A DNA stretch of 63,781 bases, counting the filler, from Acetivibrio sp. (lineage in GTDB: Bacteria > Bacillota > Clostridia > Acetivibrionales > Acetivibrionaceae): the NCBI RefSeq assembly GCF_035371925.1. It is 3 parts of 3 records of this genome, joined end to end, with 100 filler letters (N's around TTAATTAATTAA, not from the genome) between each part and the next. Parts side by side here need not be neighbours in the genome. Positions count along the whole stretch, not along the records: positions 24,387 to 48,232 come from NZ_DAORXT010000041.1; positions 48,333 to 63,781 come from NZ_DAORXT010000069.1; 1 more part is not named here. One strand, 5' to 3'. The notes below the pieces were generated by a model. The model was not told the origin of the DNA. It did not search any database and saw only the letters and a program-made list of their open reading frames with translations. The translations under genes were made by a program, and so were the position numbers. Shown piece after piece: positions 41,332-50,359 of this stretch. Numbering within the stretch: position 1 is the stretch's first letter; every line of letters starts with the position of its first letter.

Positions 41332-42075
41332 TTACATTACCAGTCCGCCGTCAATATTTATTACCTGTCCTGTTATATAATTTGAATCGTCAGATGCAAG
41401 GAAACCGACAACATTGGCCACTTCTTCAGGCGTCCCGAACCTTTTTAGCGGTATGTTATTCAAATAGGTTTCCTTCACTTTGTCAGGTAAGACATCGGTC
41501 ATGGAAGTTATGATTATACCCGGGGCCACAGCATTGCAGCAAATCCCTTTTGCAGCAAATTCCTTTGCAGTCGCTTTAGTAAGACCTATCAAACCTGCTT
41601 TAGACGCCGAATAATTAGCTTGACCTGCATTGCCCATAACACCTGCAACAGAGGTAATATTTATAATTTTACCGCTTTTTTGCTTCAACATGATTTTGGA
41701 GACAGCTTTTGTACAAAGAAAGGCACCTTTCAAATTAATATCCAAAACATCGTCCCAATCCTTTTCAGACATTTTGAGCATGAGCATATCCCTGGTGATA
41801 CCGGCGTTATTTACAAGTATATCAATTCTTCCGAAAGCATCCATCGCTGTTTTAACCATATTCTCAACATCTTCAGGATTGCTTACATCCCCTTTTGCAA
41901 CAACGACATTTATTCCGGCAGCTTCAAATTCCTCTTTAGCGGCATCAACGCTGCCTGAAGCAGTTGTACCGTTAAGAACGATATTTGCCCCCATATTACC
42001 CAGTTTTAATGCAACAGCTTTCCCGATTCCTCTGCCTGCACCGGTTATAATTGCAGTTTTCCCCTTTAATTGCAT
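41332..42075 (-). CDS. fabG: 3-oxoacyl-ACP reductase
   Basis: TGAGRGIG, NNAGITRD, YSASK. Confidence 0.95.
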   Translation of the reverse strand: MQLKGKTAIITGAGRGIGKAVALKLGNMGANIVLNGTTASGSVDAAKEEFEAAGINVVVAKGDVSNPEDVENMVKTAMDAFGRIDILVNNAGITRDMLMLKMSEKDWDDVLDINLKGAFLCTKAVSKIMLKQKSGKIINITSVAGVMGNAGQANYSASKAGLIGLTKATAKEFAAKGICCNAVAPGIIITSMTDVLPDKVKETYLNNIPLKRFGTPEEVANVVGFLASDDSNYITGQVINIDGGLVM

Positions 42076-42116
42076 ACTATTCACCTCTTATTGCCGTTAT
42101 GAATACCTCAATTTTA

Positions 42117-43052
42117 TCAAGCTCCAAGTTCCTCTAGTGTTTTATTAAGAGATTCAATATCCTCAACATTGAGAGTCTTCATTTCCTTGTTGATCTTCTT
42201 AACAAAACCGCTCAATACCTTACCCGGACCTATCTCAACAAAAGTATCCACACCATCTTCTATCATGTTCCTTATAGAGTCTTCAAACAGCACTGAGCTG
42301 CTTACCTGTCTTATCAAAAGATCCTTTACTTTGTCTTTATCTAAAATATATTCCGCAGTTACATTTGTTACCACCGGAATCTTAATGTCATAAAGATTCA
42401 CTTTTTCAAGCTCAGCAGCCAGTTTATCCCCCGCAGGTTTTAACATACTGCAGTGAAATGGAGCGCTAACAGCAAGAAGCATTGCTCTTTTTGCTCCCAT
42501 TTCTTTGGCAATTTCCAAAGCCTTTTCCACAGCCTTTACCTCTCCTGCAACGGTTATTTGCCCCGGGCAGTTGAAGTTTGCCGGCTCTACAATTCCCTCC
42601 GACGATGCCTTTTTACAGCATTCCTTTACCGCCTGGCTGTCCAGTCCCATTATAGCTGCCATAGTACCAACTCCAACCGGCACTGCCTCTTGCATGAATT
42701 TACCTCTTTTTCTCACCAAGGATACGGCATCCTTGAAAGTCATTGTACCTGCGGCAACATGGGCCGAATATTCTCCAAGGCTCAGCCCTGCCACAACATC
42801 GGGCTTTATGCCCTTCTCCAAAATCGGCTGAAGCAAAGCCACACTTGCTGTCAAAATAGCGGGCTGAGTATTTTCGGTTATCTTGAGGGTTTCTTCATCA
42901 CCTTCAAAAATCATTTTCTTCACATCAAAGCCCAAAGCTTCCGATGCCTCATCAAATATAGCATCGGCTCCTTTGTACTCATCGGCTATCTGCTTGCCCA
43001 TTCCAACATATTGCGCTCCCTGACCGGGAAACAAAAATGCTAGTTTACCCAT
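42117..43052 (-). CDS. fabD: Malonyl-CoA:ACP transacylase
   Basis: FPGQGAQ, GLSLGEY, SAPFH. Confidence 0.96.
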   Translation of the reverse strand: MGKLAFLFPGQGAQYVGMGKQIADEYKGADAIFDEASEALGFDVKKMIFEGDEETLKITENTQPAILTASVALLQPILEKGIKPDVVAGLSLGEYSAHVAAGTMTFKDAVSLVRKRGKFMQEAVPVGVGTMAAIMGLDSQAVKECCKKASSEGIVEPANFNCPGQITVAGEVKAVEKALEIAKEMGAKRAMLLAVSAPFHCSMLKPAGDKLAAELEKVNLYDIKIPVVTNVTAEYILDKDKVKDLLIRQVSSSVLFEDSIRNMIEDGVDTFVEIGPGKVLSGFVKKINKEMKTLNVEDIESLNKTLEELGA

Positions 43053-43107
43053 TCTTCTACCTCCAGTATTAAAAACAAAGTATTTACCGTTTTAATTTTA
43101 CCGTGAT

Positions 43108-44103
43108 TTATTTATTCCATCTGATTATGGCAGCTCCCCAAGTAAGACCGCCGCCAAAACCAACCAAAATTAAATTATCGCCTTTTGAAATGATTTTTTG
43201 CGAATAAGCGTCAGTCAATCCCACCGGTATGGATGCGGACGAAATATTGCCGTACCTGTGAAGGTTTGAAAACACCTTGTCGTTCGGTATGTTAAGTCTC
43301 TTTGCCGCACCTTCCAGGATTCTGATATTTGCCTGGTGAGGCACAATCAGCTTTATGTCATCCATAGTAAGTCCCGCATCGTCCAATACTTTTGTTGAAG
43401 CATGTTCCATTATCTTTACCGCAAATTTGAAAACCTCACTGCCATCCATCCACAACGTTCTTTTATTCTCTCCGCCTCTTGCCTCAATATCCTCAGGTGA
43501 AATATAACAGCAGGGTATGGTGATATTTTTACCCAGTTCACCTGCTGCCCCGGTATAGGTGGTAATTATTCCACAGCCCTCCTCCACCGGTCCGAACAGC
43601 ACCGCACCTGCTCCGTCACCAAAAAGAACACAAGTATTCCTGTCTTTCCAATCGACTACTTTTGAAAGTCCCTCACAACCTACAATTAACACATATTTGT
43701 AAAATCCCGACCTGATAAACTGATTGGCCACAGACATTCCGTAAATGAATCCCGAGCACGCGGCATTAAGATCAAAGGCAGCTGCCTTGGTTGCTCCAAT
43801 CTCACTTTGAATAAGGCAGGACATGGATGGCGTAAGATAGTCGGGTGTCTCTGTAGTTACAATTATCAAATCCACTTCTTCCGGTTCAACTTTTGCATCG
43901 GCCAGAGCCTTTTTTGCAGCCTCCACTCCCAACTTATGCGCTGGTACATCCTCATCCAATATTCTTCTTTCAGATATTCCGGTTCTCTTGGTAATCCATT
44001 CATTCGACGTATCTACCATTTTTTCTAAATCGTGATTGGTAAGCACCTTCTTTGGAAAGCAACTCCCCAATCCCAAAATCCCACAATTACAAGTCTTGTT
44101 CAA
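43108..44103 (-). CDS. fabH: Beta-ketoacyl-ACP synthase III
   Basis: AACSGF, FGDGAGA, PHQAN, GNISSASIP, GGGLTWG. Confidence 0.96.
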   Translation of the reverse strand: MNKTCNCGILGLGSCFPKKVLTNHDLEKMVDTSNEWITKRTGISERRILDEDVPAHKLGVEAAKKALADAKVEPEEVDLIIVTTETPDYLTPSMSCLIQSEIGATKAAAFDLNAACSGFIYGMSVANQFIRSGFYKYVLIVGCEGLSKVVDWKDRNTCVLFGDGAGAVLFGPVEEGCGIITTYTGAAGELGKNITIPCCYISPEDIEARGGENKRTLWMDGSEVFKFAVKIMEHASTKVLDDAGLTMDDIKLIVPHQANIRILEGAAKRLNIPNDKVFSNLHRYGNISSASIPVGLTDAYSQKIISKGDNLILVGFGGGLTWGAAIIRWNK

Positions 44104-45106
44104 TATCCTCTACCTCCATATTAACAAACTCTTGCCTTATTTTATCCAATACCTTTGTCCCCGCAAATTTGCTTGCTTTAAGAATTACATTTTTGACTGT
44201 TTTCGCGTTTGAACTTCCATGACTTTTTAATACAAGACCGTCAACACCCAATATGGGAGCGCCCCCATTTTCATCTGCATCCATAATCATCTTTAGAACC
44301 TTCATATCTTTCTTTAGCATAAGAGCTGCCATCTTTGTCTTCAAATTCTTAAGCATGATACTCTTTATCAGATTGTAGAAGTACGAACCGGCACCTTCAT
44401 AGAATTTAAGCAGAACATTTCCCACAAAACCATCACAAACAACCACATCAACTTTGCCTAATGCCACATCATTTCCCTCAATATTTCCGACAAAATTGAT
44501 ATTGGATTCGGAAAGAAGCGAATACGCATTCTTTAGCGTCTCGTTGCCTTTTCCCACCTCGGCTCCAATATTTAAAAGACCAACCTTCGGGTTGTCTACA
44601 CCGAGCATCTCTTTCATATAAATGGAACCCATAACACCAAACTGCTGATAATTAACAGGTTTGCAAACTGTATTGAGTCCCGCATCAATAATAAGACCTT
44701 TTCCTGACTTTGTGGGCACTATTGCTGCAATCGCAGGTCTGTCAACACCCTTTATTCTGCCGAGTATAAACAGGGCGCCTGTCATCAGTGCTCCACTGTT
44801 GCCGCAGGATAAAAATATATCACCTTTTTTCTCCTTCAAAAGCTTAAATCCCACAACCATGGAAGAATCCTTCTTTGTTTTGATTGCCTTTGTAGGCGTA
44901 TCTTCCACAGTGATAACTTCAGATGCGTGGTGAATCTTTATTCGAGATTCATCATAGCTTCTTTTCTTTAATATTTCCCGGATTTTTTCCTTATCACCTA
45001 TTAGCAATATTTCAAAACCTTCTGCTTCCAAAACTGCATCCAAGCATCCGTTGACAATGGCTTCAGGTGCATTGTCTCCACCCATTGCATCAACCAATAT
45101 AATCAA
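44087..45106 (-). CDS. plsX: Phosphate acyltransferase PlsX
   Basis: DAMGGDNAP, GNSGAL, GLLNIG, DGFVGN, KSHGSS. Confidence 0.96.
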   Translation of the reverse strand: MIILVDAMGGDNAPEAIVNGCLDAVLEAEGFEILLIGDKEKIREILKKRSYDESRIKIHHASEVITVEDTPTKAIKTKKDSSMVVGFKLLKEKKGDIFLSCGNSGALMTGALFILGRIKGVDRPAIAAIVPTKSGKGLIIDAGLNTVCKPVNYQQFGVMGSIYMKEMLGVDNPKVGLLNIGAEVGKGNETLKNAYSLLSESNINFVGNIEGNDVALGKVDVVVCDGFVGNVLLKFYEGAGSYFYNLIKSIMLKNLKTKMAALMLKKDMKVLKMIMDADENGGAPILGVDGLVLKSHGSSNAKTVKNVILKASKFAGTKVLDKIRQEFVNMEVEDIEQDL

Positions 45107-45166
45107 AAGTATTCACTCCTAATACCTATAGTCTTGTTTCTTCTTTTCACTAAGTTACTATACATT

Positions 45167-45733
45167 TCAAATTTTTTCAAGGGATACCAGAATAAATTTC
45201 CCTCTGAAAACTTCAACATTCTTCTCTGTAATTTTTACCCAAACTATAAATTTATTATCCTTTGATTTTTTTACTTCAGCTTTGGCCACAAGTTTGCTCC
45301 CGGCATATACAGGAACCTTGTATTTTATATTCGCCACTCCGACCAAAGCCACTTGAGCATCTATTACTGCAATGGCAAGGGATTCCGCCAGGGAATATAT
45401 GTAATGCCCCTGTATAATTCTTGTTTTCTCAAAAACCATTTTCGAGTTGGTTTCAAGAATGGAAATACCACCCTTGCCCAATGTTATATCCACCAGTTCT
45501 CCGACAATATCTTTAACTTGAAGTGATTTAACCTTGCCATAGTTTTTTTGCGCTACGTTTTTTATTCTCTCTCTGAGTTCCGGAATGCCCAGTTCCAGTC
45601 TGTCAAGCCTTATTGTAGGCACACTCACACCTAACATTTCGGATAACTCTTCATCTGTAAGGAAGGGGTCATGCTCAAGTTTTTCAAGGAGAATAGCCTG
45701 CCTCTCCTTCTTCATACATGACGACCTGCTCAT
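45167..45733 (-). CDS. fapR: Fatty acid biosynthesis regulator FapR
   Basis: KERQ...PFLTDEELS...[10 protein letters not shown]...[12 protein letters not shown] plus thioesterase-like domain; heads the fab operon. Confidence 0.93.
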   Translation of the reverse strand: MSRSSCMKKERQAILLEKLEHDPFLTDEELSEMLGVSVPTIRLDRLELGIPELRERIKNVAQKNYGKVKSLQVKDIVGELVDITLGKGGISILETNSKMVFEKTRIIQGHYIYSLAESLAIAVIDAQVALVGVANIKYKVPVYAGSKLVAKAEVKKSKDNKFIVWVKITEKNVEVFRGKFILVSLEKI

Positions 45734-45862
45734 GCGTTCACCTCTTTTTATTCCGGACAATCAATAAAATTTCATGTGCCGGAGCAATAATGTTTCTCTC
45801 TTTTTGCTCAACTGCCATTTAGTGCATATCTTTATTATATATTATATTATCTTTCTCTATAA

Positions 45863-45879
45863 TTATTGCCTGGTATTAA
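45863..45879 (-). promoter_or_regulatory. Probable FapR operator
   Basis: 17-bp imperfect palindrome TTAATACCAGGCAATAA upstream of fapR, similar to the TTAGTACC-n-GGTACTAA-type FapR box. Confidence 0.65.
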
Positions 45880-45976
45880 TCTCTGATGTTAAAAGTATAT
45901 AATATATTTATCATATATGCAACAATTTCCTCAAATTTTCATAAAATATTTATAATAAATCAACGTGCTTTCCGCC

Positions 45977-46013
45977 AAAAAGAGGCAGGCGATTATTTCG
46001 CCCACCTCTTTTT
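45977..46013. terminator. Intrinsic terminator upstream of the fapR promoter region
   Basis: AAAAAGAGG..GGCGA-ttatt-TCGCC..CCTCTTTTT. Confidence 0.7.
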
Positions 46014-46020
46014 CGTTCTT

Positions 46021-46077
46021 CTACTTCGGATTCTTAGGATCCGTAACTGATATAATAACAACCGTCAATATGTACAA
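46021..46077 (-). CDS. Candidate 18-aa small ORF (MYILTVVIISVTDPKNPK)
   Basis: TTG start, weak GGAAGTG RBS, lies between two terminators; below ORF-track length cutoff. Confidence 0.25.
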   Translation of the reverse strand: MYILTVVIISVTDPKNPK

Positions 46078-46102
46078 TTTTATTTCACTTCCAGAGTATA
46101 AT

Positions 46103-46135
46103 AAAAAAGAGCCAGAGCAACATTCTCCGACTCCC
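46103..46135 (-). terminator. Terminator after pgsA
   Basis: Minus strand GGGAGTCGGAG...CTCTGGCTC followed by TTTTTT. Confidence 0.7.
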
Positions 46136-46147
46136 TTTATTTCTATT

Positions 46148-46765
46148 TTACATATCCTGCTTTATAACATGGGCATTTTTAACAATATAATCATAAGCGG
46201 AATATATGGTGGCAATCACAGCAATCAGCATTAAAATCTTGTCTATGGGAAATCCTAAAAGAACGTCCACCAGATAACTCCTTACAAGCGTAGCTAAAAT
46301 TGCAATAATCTGAGTAACCGTCTTGATTTTGCCCCATTTGCTTGCCGCAATAACAATTCCTTCACTTGCCGCCACAAGCCTTAATGCCGTAATTATAAAC
46401 TCTCTGGCAATTATTATAATGGCAGCCCAGGAGGAAAGGTCATTTCTTTCCACAAGAGCGACAAGAGCTGCTGTAACTAAAAGTTTATCCGCTATGGGGT
46501 CTAAAAACTTTCCGAAGTTTGTTACCTGTTTTCGCTTTCTGGCTATATATCCGTCCATCCAGTCAGTGCTTGCTGCTATTAAAAACAGTATGCCTGCAAT
46601 ATAATTACCGTAGCTTTTAATAAAAAAGTTTATGGCTTCAAGCTGTGAATGGGCAAAAGACAAAAGTGAGCTGTCTACAACCCATTCCGGAATCGGTATT
46701 ATCAGCAGCATAAAAACTGGGACCAAAATAATTCTCGATATAGTCAATTTATTTGGAAGATTCAT
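46148..46765 (-). CDS. pgsA: CDP-diacylglycerol--glycerol-3-phosphate 3-phosphatidyltransferase
   Basis: MNLPNKLT, TDWMDGYIARK, GKFLDPIADK, GKIKT. Confidence 0.96.
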   Translation of the reverse strand: MNLPNKLTISRIILVPVFMLLIIPIPEWVVDSSLLSFAHSQLEAINFFIKSYGNYIAGILFLIAASTDWMDGYIARKRKQVTNFGKFLDPIADKLLVTAALVALVERNDLSSWAAIIIIAREFIITALRLVAASEGIVIAASKWGKIKTVTQIIAILATLVRSYLVDVLLGFPIDKILMLIAVIATIYSAYDYIVKNAHVIKQDM

Positions 46766-48098
46766 TTATAACCTCTCCTATTAAATCATAATCATCAACA
46801 TTTAATATCCTAACACTCACAAATTCTCCAAATTTAAGAGGCTCTGTGCTTGTAAAGTAAATTGAACCGTCTATGTCCGGAGCTTCGGCATAAGTTCTTC
46901 CATAATAGAAAATACCGTCTTCAGACACCCCTTCCACCAAAGTTTTATATACCTCGTTCAATCTGCTTTCATTTTTTCTTTGCACAATTTCCTTCTGAAG
47001 CTGCATTATGTCGCTTCTTCTTGACTCCTTAACACTCTTTTTGATTTGAGGTTTTAAATCATAGGCAGGAGTGCCTTCCTCTCTGGAATAAGTAAAGACA
47101 CCAAGCCTGTCAAATTCGTATTTTCTGACAAAATCATAGAGTATTTTAAAATCCTTGTCGTCCTCACCGGGAAAACCGACTATCAAAGAAGTTCTCAAAA
47201 CGATACCGGGAACTTCGGATCTTAATTTATCCAAAATGTTCCTTACCCCTTCGCCTGTACTTCTTCTGCCCATTAATTTTAATATCTTGTCACTTGCATG
47301 CTGAATGGGTATATCCAAATACTTTACAATTTTTCTGTTGTTTGCAATTTCATTTATCAGCTCTTCGTCAATCTCTTCCGGATAAGTATATAAAAGCCTT
47401 ATCCATTCAATTCCTTCTATACTGCTGATTTGTCTTAGCAATTCCCCAATCTTTTTTTGACCGTAAATGTCTCTCCCGTAAACGGTAACATCCTGAGCTA
47501 CCAGTATAACTTCCTTTATCCCTTTTTGGGCAAGGGACTCGGCCTCCGAAACTATGTCCTCCATTTTTCTGCTTCTGTAAGGTCCACGTATATAGGGAAT
47601 GGCACAGTAAGTGCAACGGTTGTCACATCCCTCGGATATTTTCAAATAAGCATATCCTCTGTGCGTGGACAGAAGACGTTCGTTGTTGAGATATTCCACA
47701 CTTAAAGTATCCTTATGGAATACGGCTTTTTCTTTATTTTCATTACTATAAAACCGGTTAATAACCTTTGCTATTTCATCATAGCCGGAAACCCCCACTA
47801 CTGCGTCCACTTCCGGTATTTCTTTTATTATCTCATCCTTGTATCTTTGGGCAAGACAGCCGGCAACAATCAACATCTCACAATTTTTACTCTTGTGACT
47901 TGCCATTTCAAGAATAGTATTTATGGATTCTTCTTTTGCTGACTCAATAAAGCCGCAAGTATTTATAATTATAATATTGGCTTTCTCACTGTCAGATGTG
48001 ATTTCAAATTCATTTTTCTTAAGCAATCCCAGCATTATTTCACTATCCACAAGGTTTTTCGGACAGCCCAGCGAAATAATACCTACTTTTTTCTTCAA
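46749..48098 (-). CDS. rimO: Ribosomal protein S12 methylthiotransferase
   Basis: LGCPKNLVDSE, NTCGFI, CDNRCTYC, IVGFPGE, APDIDG (TRAM); TTG start 48098. Confidence 0.95.
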   Translation of the reverse strand: MKKKVGIISLGCPKNLVDSEIMLGLLKKNEFEITSDSEKANIIIINTCGFIESAKEESINTILEMASHKSKNCEMLIVAGCLAQRYKDEIIKEIPEVDAVVGVSGYDEIAKVINRFYSNENKEKAVFHKDTLSVEYLNNERLLSTHRGYAYLKISEGCDNRCTYCAIPYIRGPYRSRKMEDIVSEAESLAQKGIKEVILVAQDVTVYGRDIYGQKKIGELLRQISSIEGIEWIRLLYTYPEEIDEELINEIANNRKIVKYLDIPIQHASDKILKLMGRRSTGEGVRNILDKLRSEVPGIVLRTSLIVGFPGEDDKDFKILYDFVRKYEFDRLGVFTYSREEGTPAYDLKPQIKKSVKESRRSDIMQLQKEIVQRKNESRLNEVYKTLVEGVSEDGIFYYGRTYAEAPDIDGSIYFTSTEPLKFGEFVSVRILNVDDYDLIGEVINESSK

Positions 48099-48164
48099 GT
48101 CATACACCTCATTATAGTTTATATTTTAATATCACTATCATTATTTACGTTCACATCCAAATTG

Positions 48165-48232
48165 TCAATTGTTTTTTATAAGTTCTTCCGGCAACAAACT
48201 CTCTGCTTTGCTTATCAGGCTTTCGATTTCGT
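48165..48232 (-). CDS. C-terminal fragment of an unidentified gene at contig end
   Basis: ...EIESLISKAESLLPEELIKNN*; too short to assign. Confidence 0.4.
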
Positions 48233-48332
48233 NNNNNNNNNNNNNNNNNNNNNNNNNNNNNNNNNNNNNNNNNNNNTTAATTAATTAANNNNNNNNNNNN
48301 NNNNNNNNNNNNNNNNNNNNNNNNNNNNNNNN
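48233..48332. other. Artificial contig linker (N44-TTAATTAATTAA-N44)
   Basis: Same spacer as 24287-24386. Confidence 0.97.
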
Positions 48333-48379
48333 CGATGATACTTGGATGGAGACGTCCCGGGAAAGTAGGTCGCTGCCAG
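48333..48379 (+). rRNA. rrf: 5S rRNA, 3' portion (partial)
   Basis: CGATGATACTTGGATGGAGACGTCCCGGGAAAGTAGGTCGCTGCCAG matches the 5S 3' half; a contig break at an rRNA operon is expected. Confidence 0.85.
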
Positions 48380-48387
48380 ATTTATAT

Positions 48388-48463
48388 TCCTCAATAGCTC
48401 AGTCGGTAGAGCATGCGGCTGTTAACCGCAGGGTCGTAGGTTCGAGTCCTACTTGAGGAGCCA
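48388..48463 (+). tRNA. tRNA-Asn(GTT)
   Basis: Full cloverleaf: TCCTCAA/TTGAGGA acceptor stem, TGCGG-CTGTTAA-CCGCA anticodon arm, TTCGAGT T-loop, encoded CCA; 76 nt. Confidence 0.98.
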
Positions 48464-48470
48464 TACATAC

Positions 48471-48510
48471 AAATAGCTTAAACCTAATAAAGGTTTAGGC
48501 TATTTTATTT
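48471..48510 (+). terminator. Terminator of the rRNA/tRNA transcript
   Basis: AAATAGCTTAAACCT-aataa-AGGTTTAGGCTATTT followed by a T-rich tract. Confidence 0.8.
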
Positions 48511-48662
48511 TGCATGGTTCTTGATGACAGCGACGCTTTTATTTATAATTTACTAAGAAGAATTTTTTAAGAATAAGCTTTGCAATTCACTTTTTATAAT
48601 TTTGCAAGAAAAATAATGTAGGAAAATAAAAAATAAAATCACAATGTAAGGGCAGGTATGAT

Positions 48663-49427
48663 ATGTTAAATCAATTTTCGAGGACAGAAATATTATTTGG
48701 AAAAGAGGCAATGAAGAAGCTGGAACAGGCAACGGTTGCAGTCTTTGGTATAGGCGGAGTGGGAGGCTATACGGTTGAGGCTCTTGTCAGGAGCGGAGTT
48801 GGAAATTTTGTGCTTGTTGATGACGACAAGGTATGCCTTACAAATTTGAACCGGCAAATTATTGCCACAAGAAAAACGATAGGACAGTACAAAGTAGAGG
48901 TTATGAAGGAAAGAATTTTAGATATAAATCCCAAAGCAAATGTTACGGCGCATCAATGCTTTTTCCTTCCAGAGAATTCCGATAAATTTGACTTTGCATC
49001 TTACAGCTATATTGTTGATGCCATAGACACGGTGACAGCAAAGATTGAGCTGGTTATGAAAGCAAAAGAATTTGGAGTGCCGATTATCAGTGCCATGGGG
49101 GCCGGCAATAAGATTGATCCTACACAGCTGAAGGTTGCGGACATATATAAGACATCTATTTGCCCCCTTGCAAGGGTCATGAGGTATGAGCTAAGAAAGC
49201 GGGGAGTAAAGAAGCTGAAGGTGGTTTATTCCACCGAGGAACCGAAAAAGCCTGTCGAAGACATGGCAATAAGTTGCAGGACCAATTGCATATGCCCTCC
49301 CGGTACCGAAAGAAAATGTACGGACAGAAGAAACATTCCGGGAAGCACATCCTTTGTTCCGTCTGTTGCAGGCTTGATAATTGCAGGTGAAGTTATTAAA
49401 GACATAATAGGAAACGTAAATGAATAA
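48663..49427 (+). CDS. tcdA: tRNA threonylcarbamoyladenosine dehydratase (ThiF/E1-like)
   Basis: GIGGVGG, TNLNRQ, DAIDTVTAK, SAMGAGNK, CPLARVMR, PGSTSFVPSVAG. Confidence 0.88.
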   Translation: MLNQFSRTEILFGKEAMKKLEQATVAVFGIGGVGGYTVEALVRSGVGNFVLVDDDKVCLTNLNRQIIATRKTIGQYKVEVMKERILDINPKANVTAHQCFFLPENSDKFDFASYSYIVDAIDTVTAKIELVMKAKEFGVPIISAMGAGNKIDPTQLKVADIYKTSICPLARVMRYELRKRGVKKLKVVYSTEEPKKPVEDMAISCRTNCICPPGTERKCTDRRNIPGSTSFVPSVAGLIIAGEVIKDIIGNVNE

Positions 49428-49430
49428 ACG

Positions 49431-49460
49431 ATTCCGGCGTTTTTGCCGGAATTATTTTAT
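49431..49460 (+). terminator. Terminator after tcdA
   Basis: ATTCCGGC-gttttt-GCCGGAAT followed by TATTTTAT. Confidence 0.7.
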
Positions 49461-49493
49461 TGATACTGAAACGAGTTCTCTCCACATAGAACA

Positions 49494-49544
49494 CGTATAA
49501 AATACGTATAAAACATTGGTATATGCGTATAAAAGGCGTATAAT
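49494..49544 (+). promoter_or_regulatory. hicAB promoter with four CGTATAA repeats (putative HicB operator)
   Basis: CGTATAA at 49494, 49505, 49526, 49537; TTGGTA(49516)-17 bp-TATAAT(49539). Confidence 0.65.
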
Positions 49545-49568
49545 GTGTTTAAGCGAGTGATACAATAG

Positions 49569-49740
49569 ATGAAGAGAAACGACTTGATAAAACTTCTCGA
49601 AAAGAACGGATGGTACTTAAAACGAAACGGCGGTAATCATGATATATACTAACGGATAAAAGTGTGAACCCATACCAAGGCATAAGGAGATAAACGAGAG
49701 GTTGGCAAGGGAAATAATCAAGAAGCACGGACTATTATAA
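49569..49740 (+). pseudogene. hicA: HicA-family toxin pseudogene
   Basis: MKRNDLIKLLEKNGWYLKRNGGNHDIY* then, after a 2-nt frameshift and a TAA at 49657, KCEPIPRHKEINERLAREIIKKHGLL*. Confidence 0.85.
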
Positions 49741-49795
49741 AAGCTCTTGAAGGTTTCATCTGTTGCTTATTATAGATTTTAAGGAGGGAGCATTA

Positions 49796-50185
49796 ATGAA
49801 AGAAGCTTATCCGGTAATAATATCTCAAGAAAAAGACGGTTACTATGTATCTATACCTGATTTTGATATAGCTACACAAGGTACAAGTGTAGTAAATGCA
49901 ATCGAAATGGCCCGGGATGCAATTGGGCTTATGGGTATCGATATGGAGGATGACGGGAAACCGTTGCCAAAGCCGTATTCGGTGAAGGTCCAGCATGAAG
50001 AAAATGATATTGTTACATTGGTGGATGTAGATTTTGCAGAGTATCGCAAAAGGGTAGATAATAGAGCGGTTAAAAAGAATTGCACAATACCGTATTGGCT
50101 TAATGTTGAAGCGGAGAAAGCAGGAATAAACTTTTCCAAAGTGCTTCAAGAAGCATTGCAAGAAGTTTTAAAAACCTCAAAATAA
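49796..50185 (+). CDS. hicB: HicB-family antitoxin (intact)
   Basis: AYPVII...GYYVSIPDF...TQG...AIEMARDAI and C-terminal KKNCTIPYWLNVEAEKAGINFSKVLQEAL RHH; AGGAGG RBS before ATG 49796. Confidence 0.92.
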   Translation: MKEAYPVIISQEKDGYYVSIPDFDIATQGTSVVNAIEMARDAIGLMGIDMEDDGKPLPKPYSVKVQHEENDIVTLVDVDFAEYRKRVDNRAVKKNCTIPYWLNVEAEKAGINFSKVLQEALQEVLKTSK

Positions 50186-50215
50186 TATTTGGAATTTTCA
50201 TGTTAATGTATTAAT

Positions 50216-50238
50216 AAGAGCCTTCGGGCTCTTTTTTT
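50216..50238 (+). terminator. Terminator after hicB
   Basis: AAGAGCC-TTCG-GGCTCTT followed by TTTTT. Confidence 0.85.
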
Positions 50239-50258
50239 AATGACTTGATATTTTTGGG

Positions 50259-50330
50259 TTGACGGAAGAGCCTAAAAATGATACAATGAATTTAGTTAAT
50301 TACTAATTTACTAAATTACTAGTTTAGTAG
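50259..50330 (+). promoter_or_regulatory. sigmaA promoter followed by an array of TTACTA repeats
   Basis: TTGACG-17 bp-TACAAT with TGn extension; TTACTA at 50300/50308/50316 (8-bp period); TACTAAA-N7-TTTAGTA inverted repeat at 50309-50329. Confidence 0.65.
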
Positions 50331-50359
50331 AGAATATATGAGATGGAGGAAAATATAAA

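Noticed and set aside
49641..49659. Programmed frameshift or phase variation restoring HicA
   Set aside because: Correcting the AT-run frameshift still leaves an in-frame TAA at 49657-49659.
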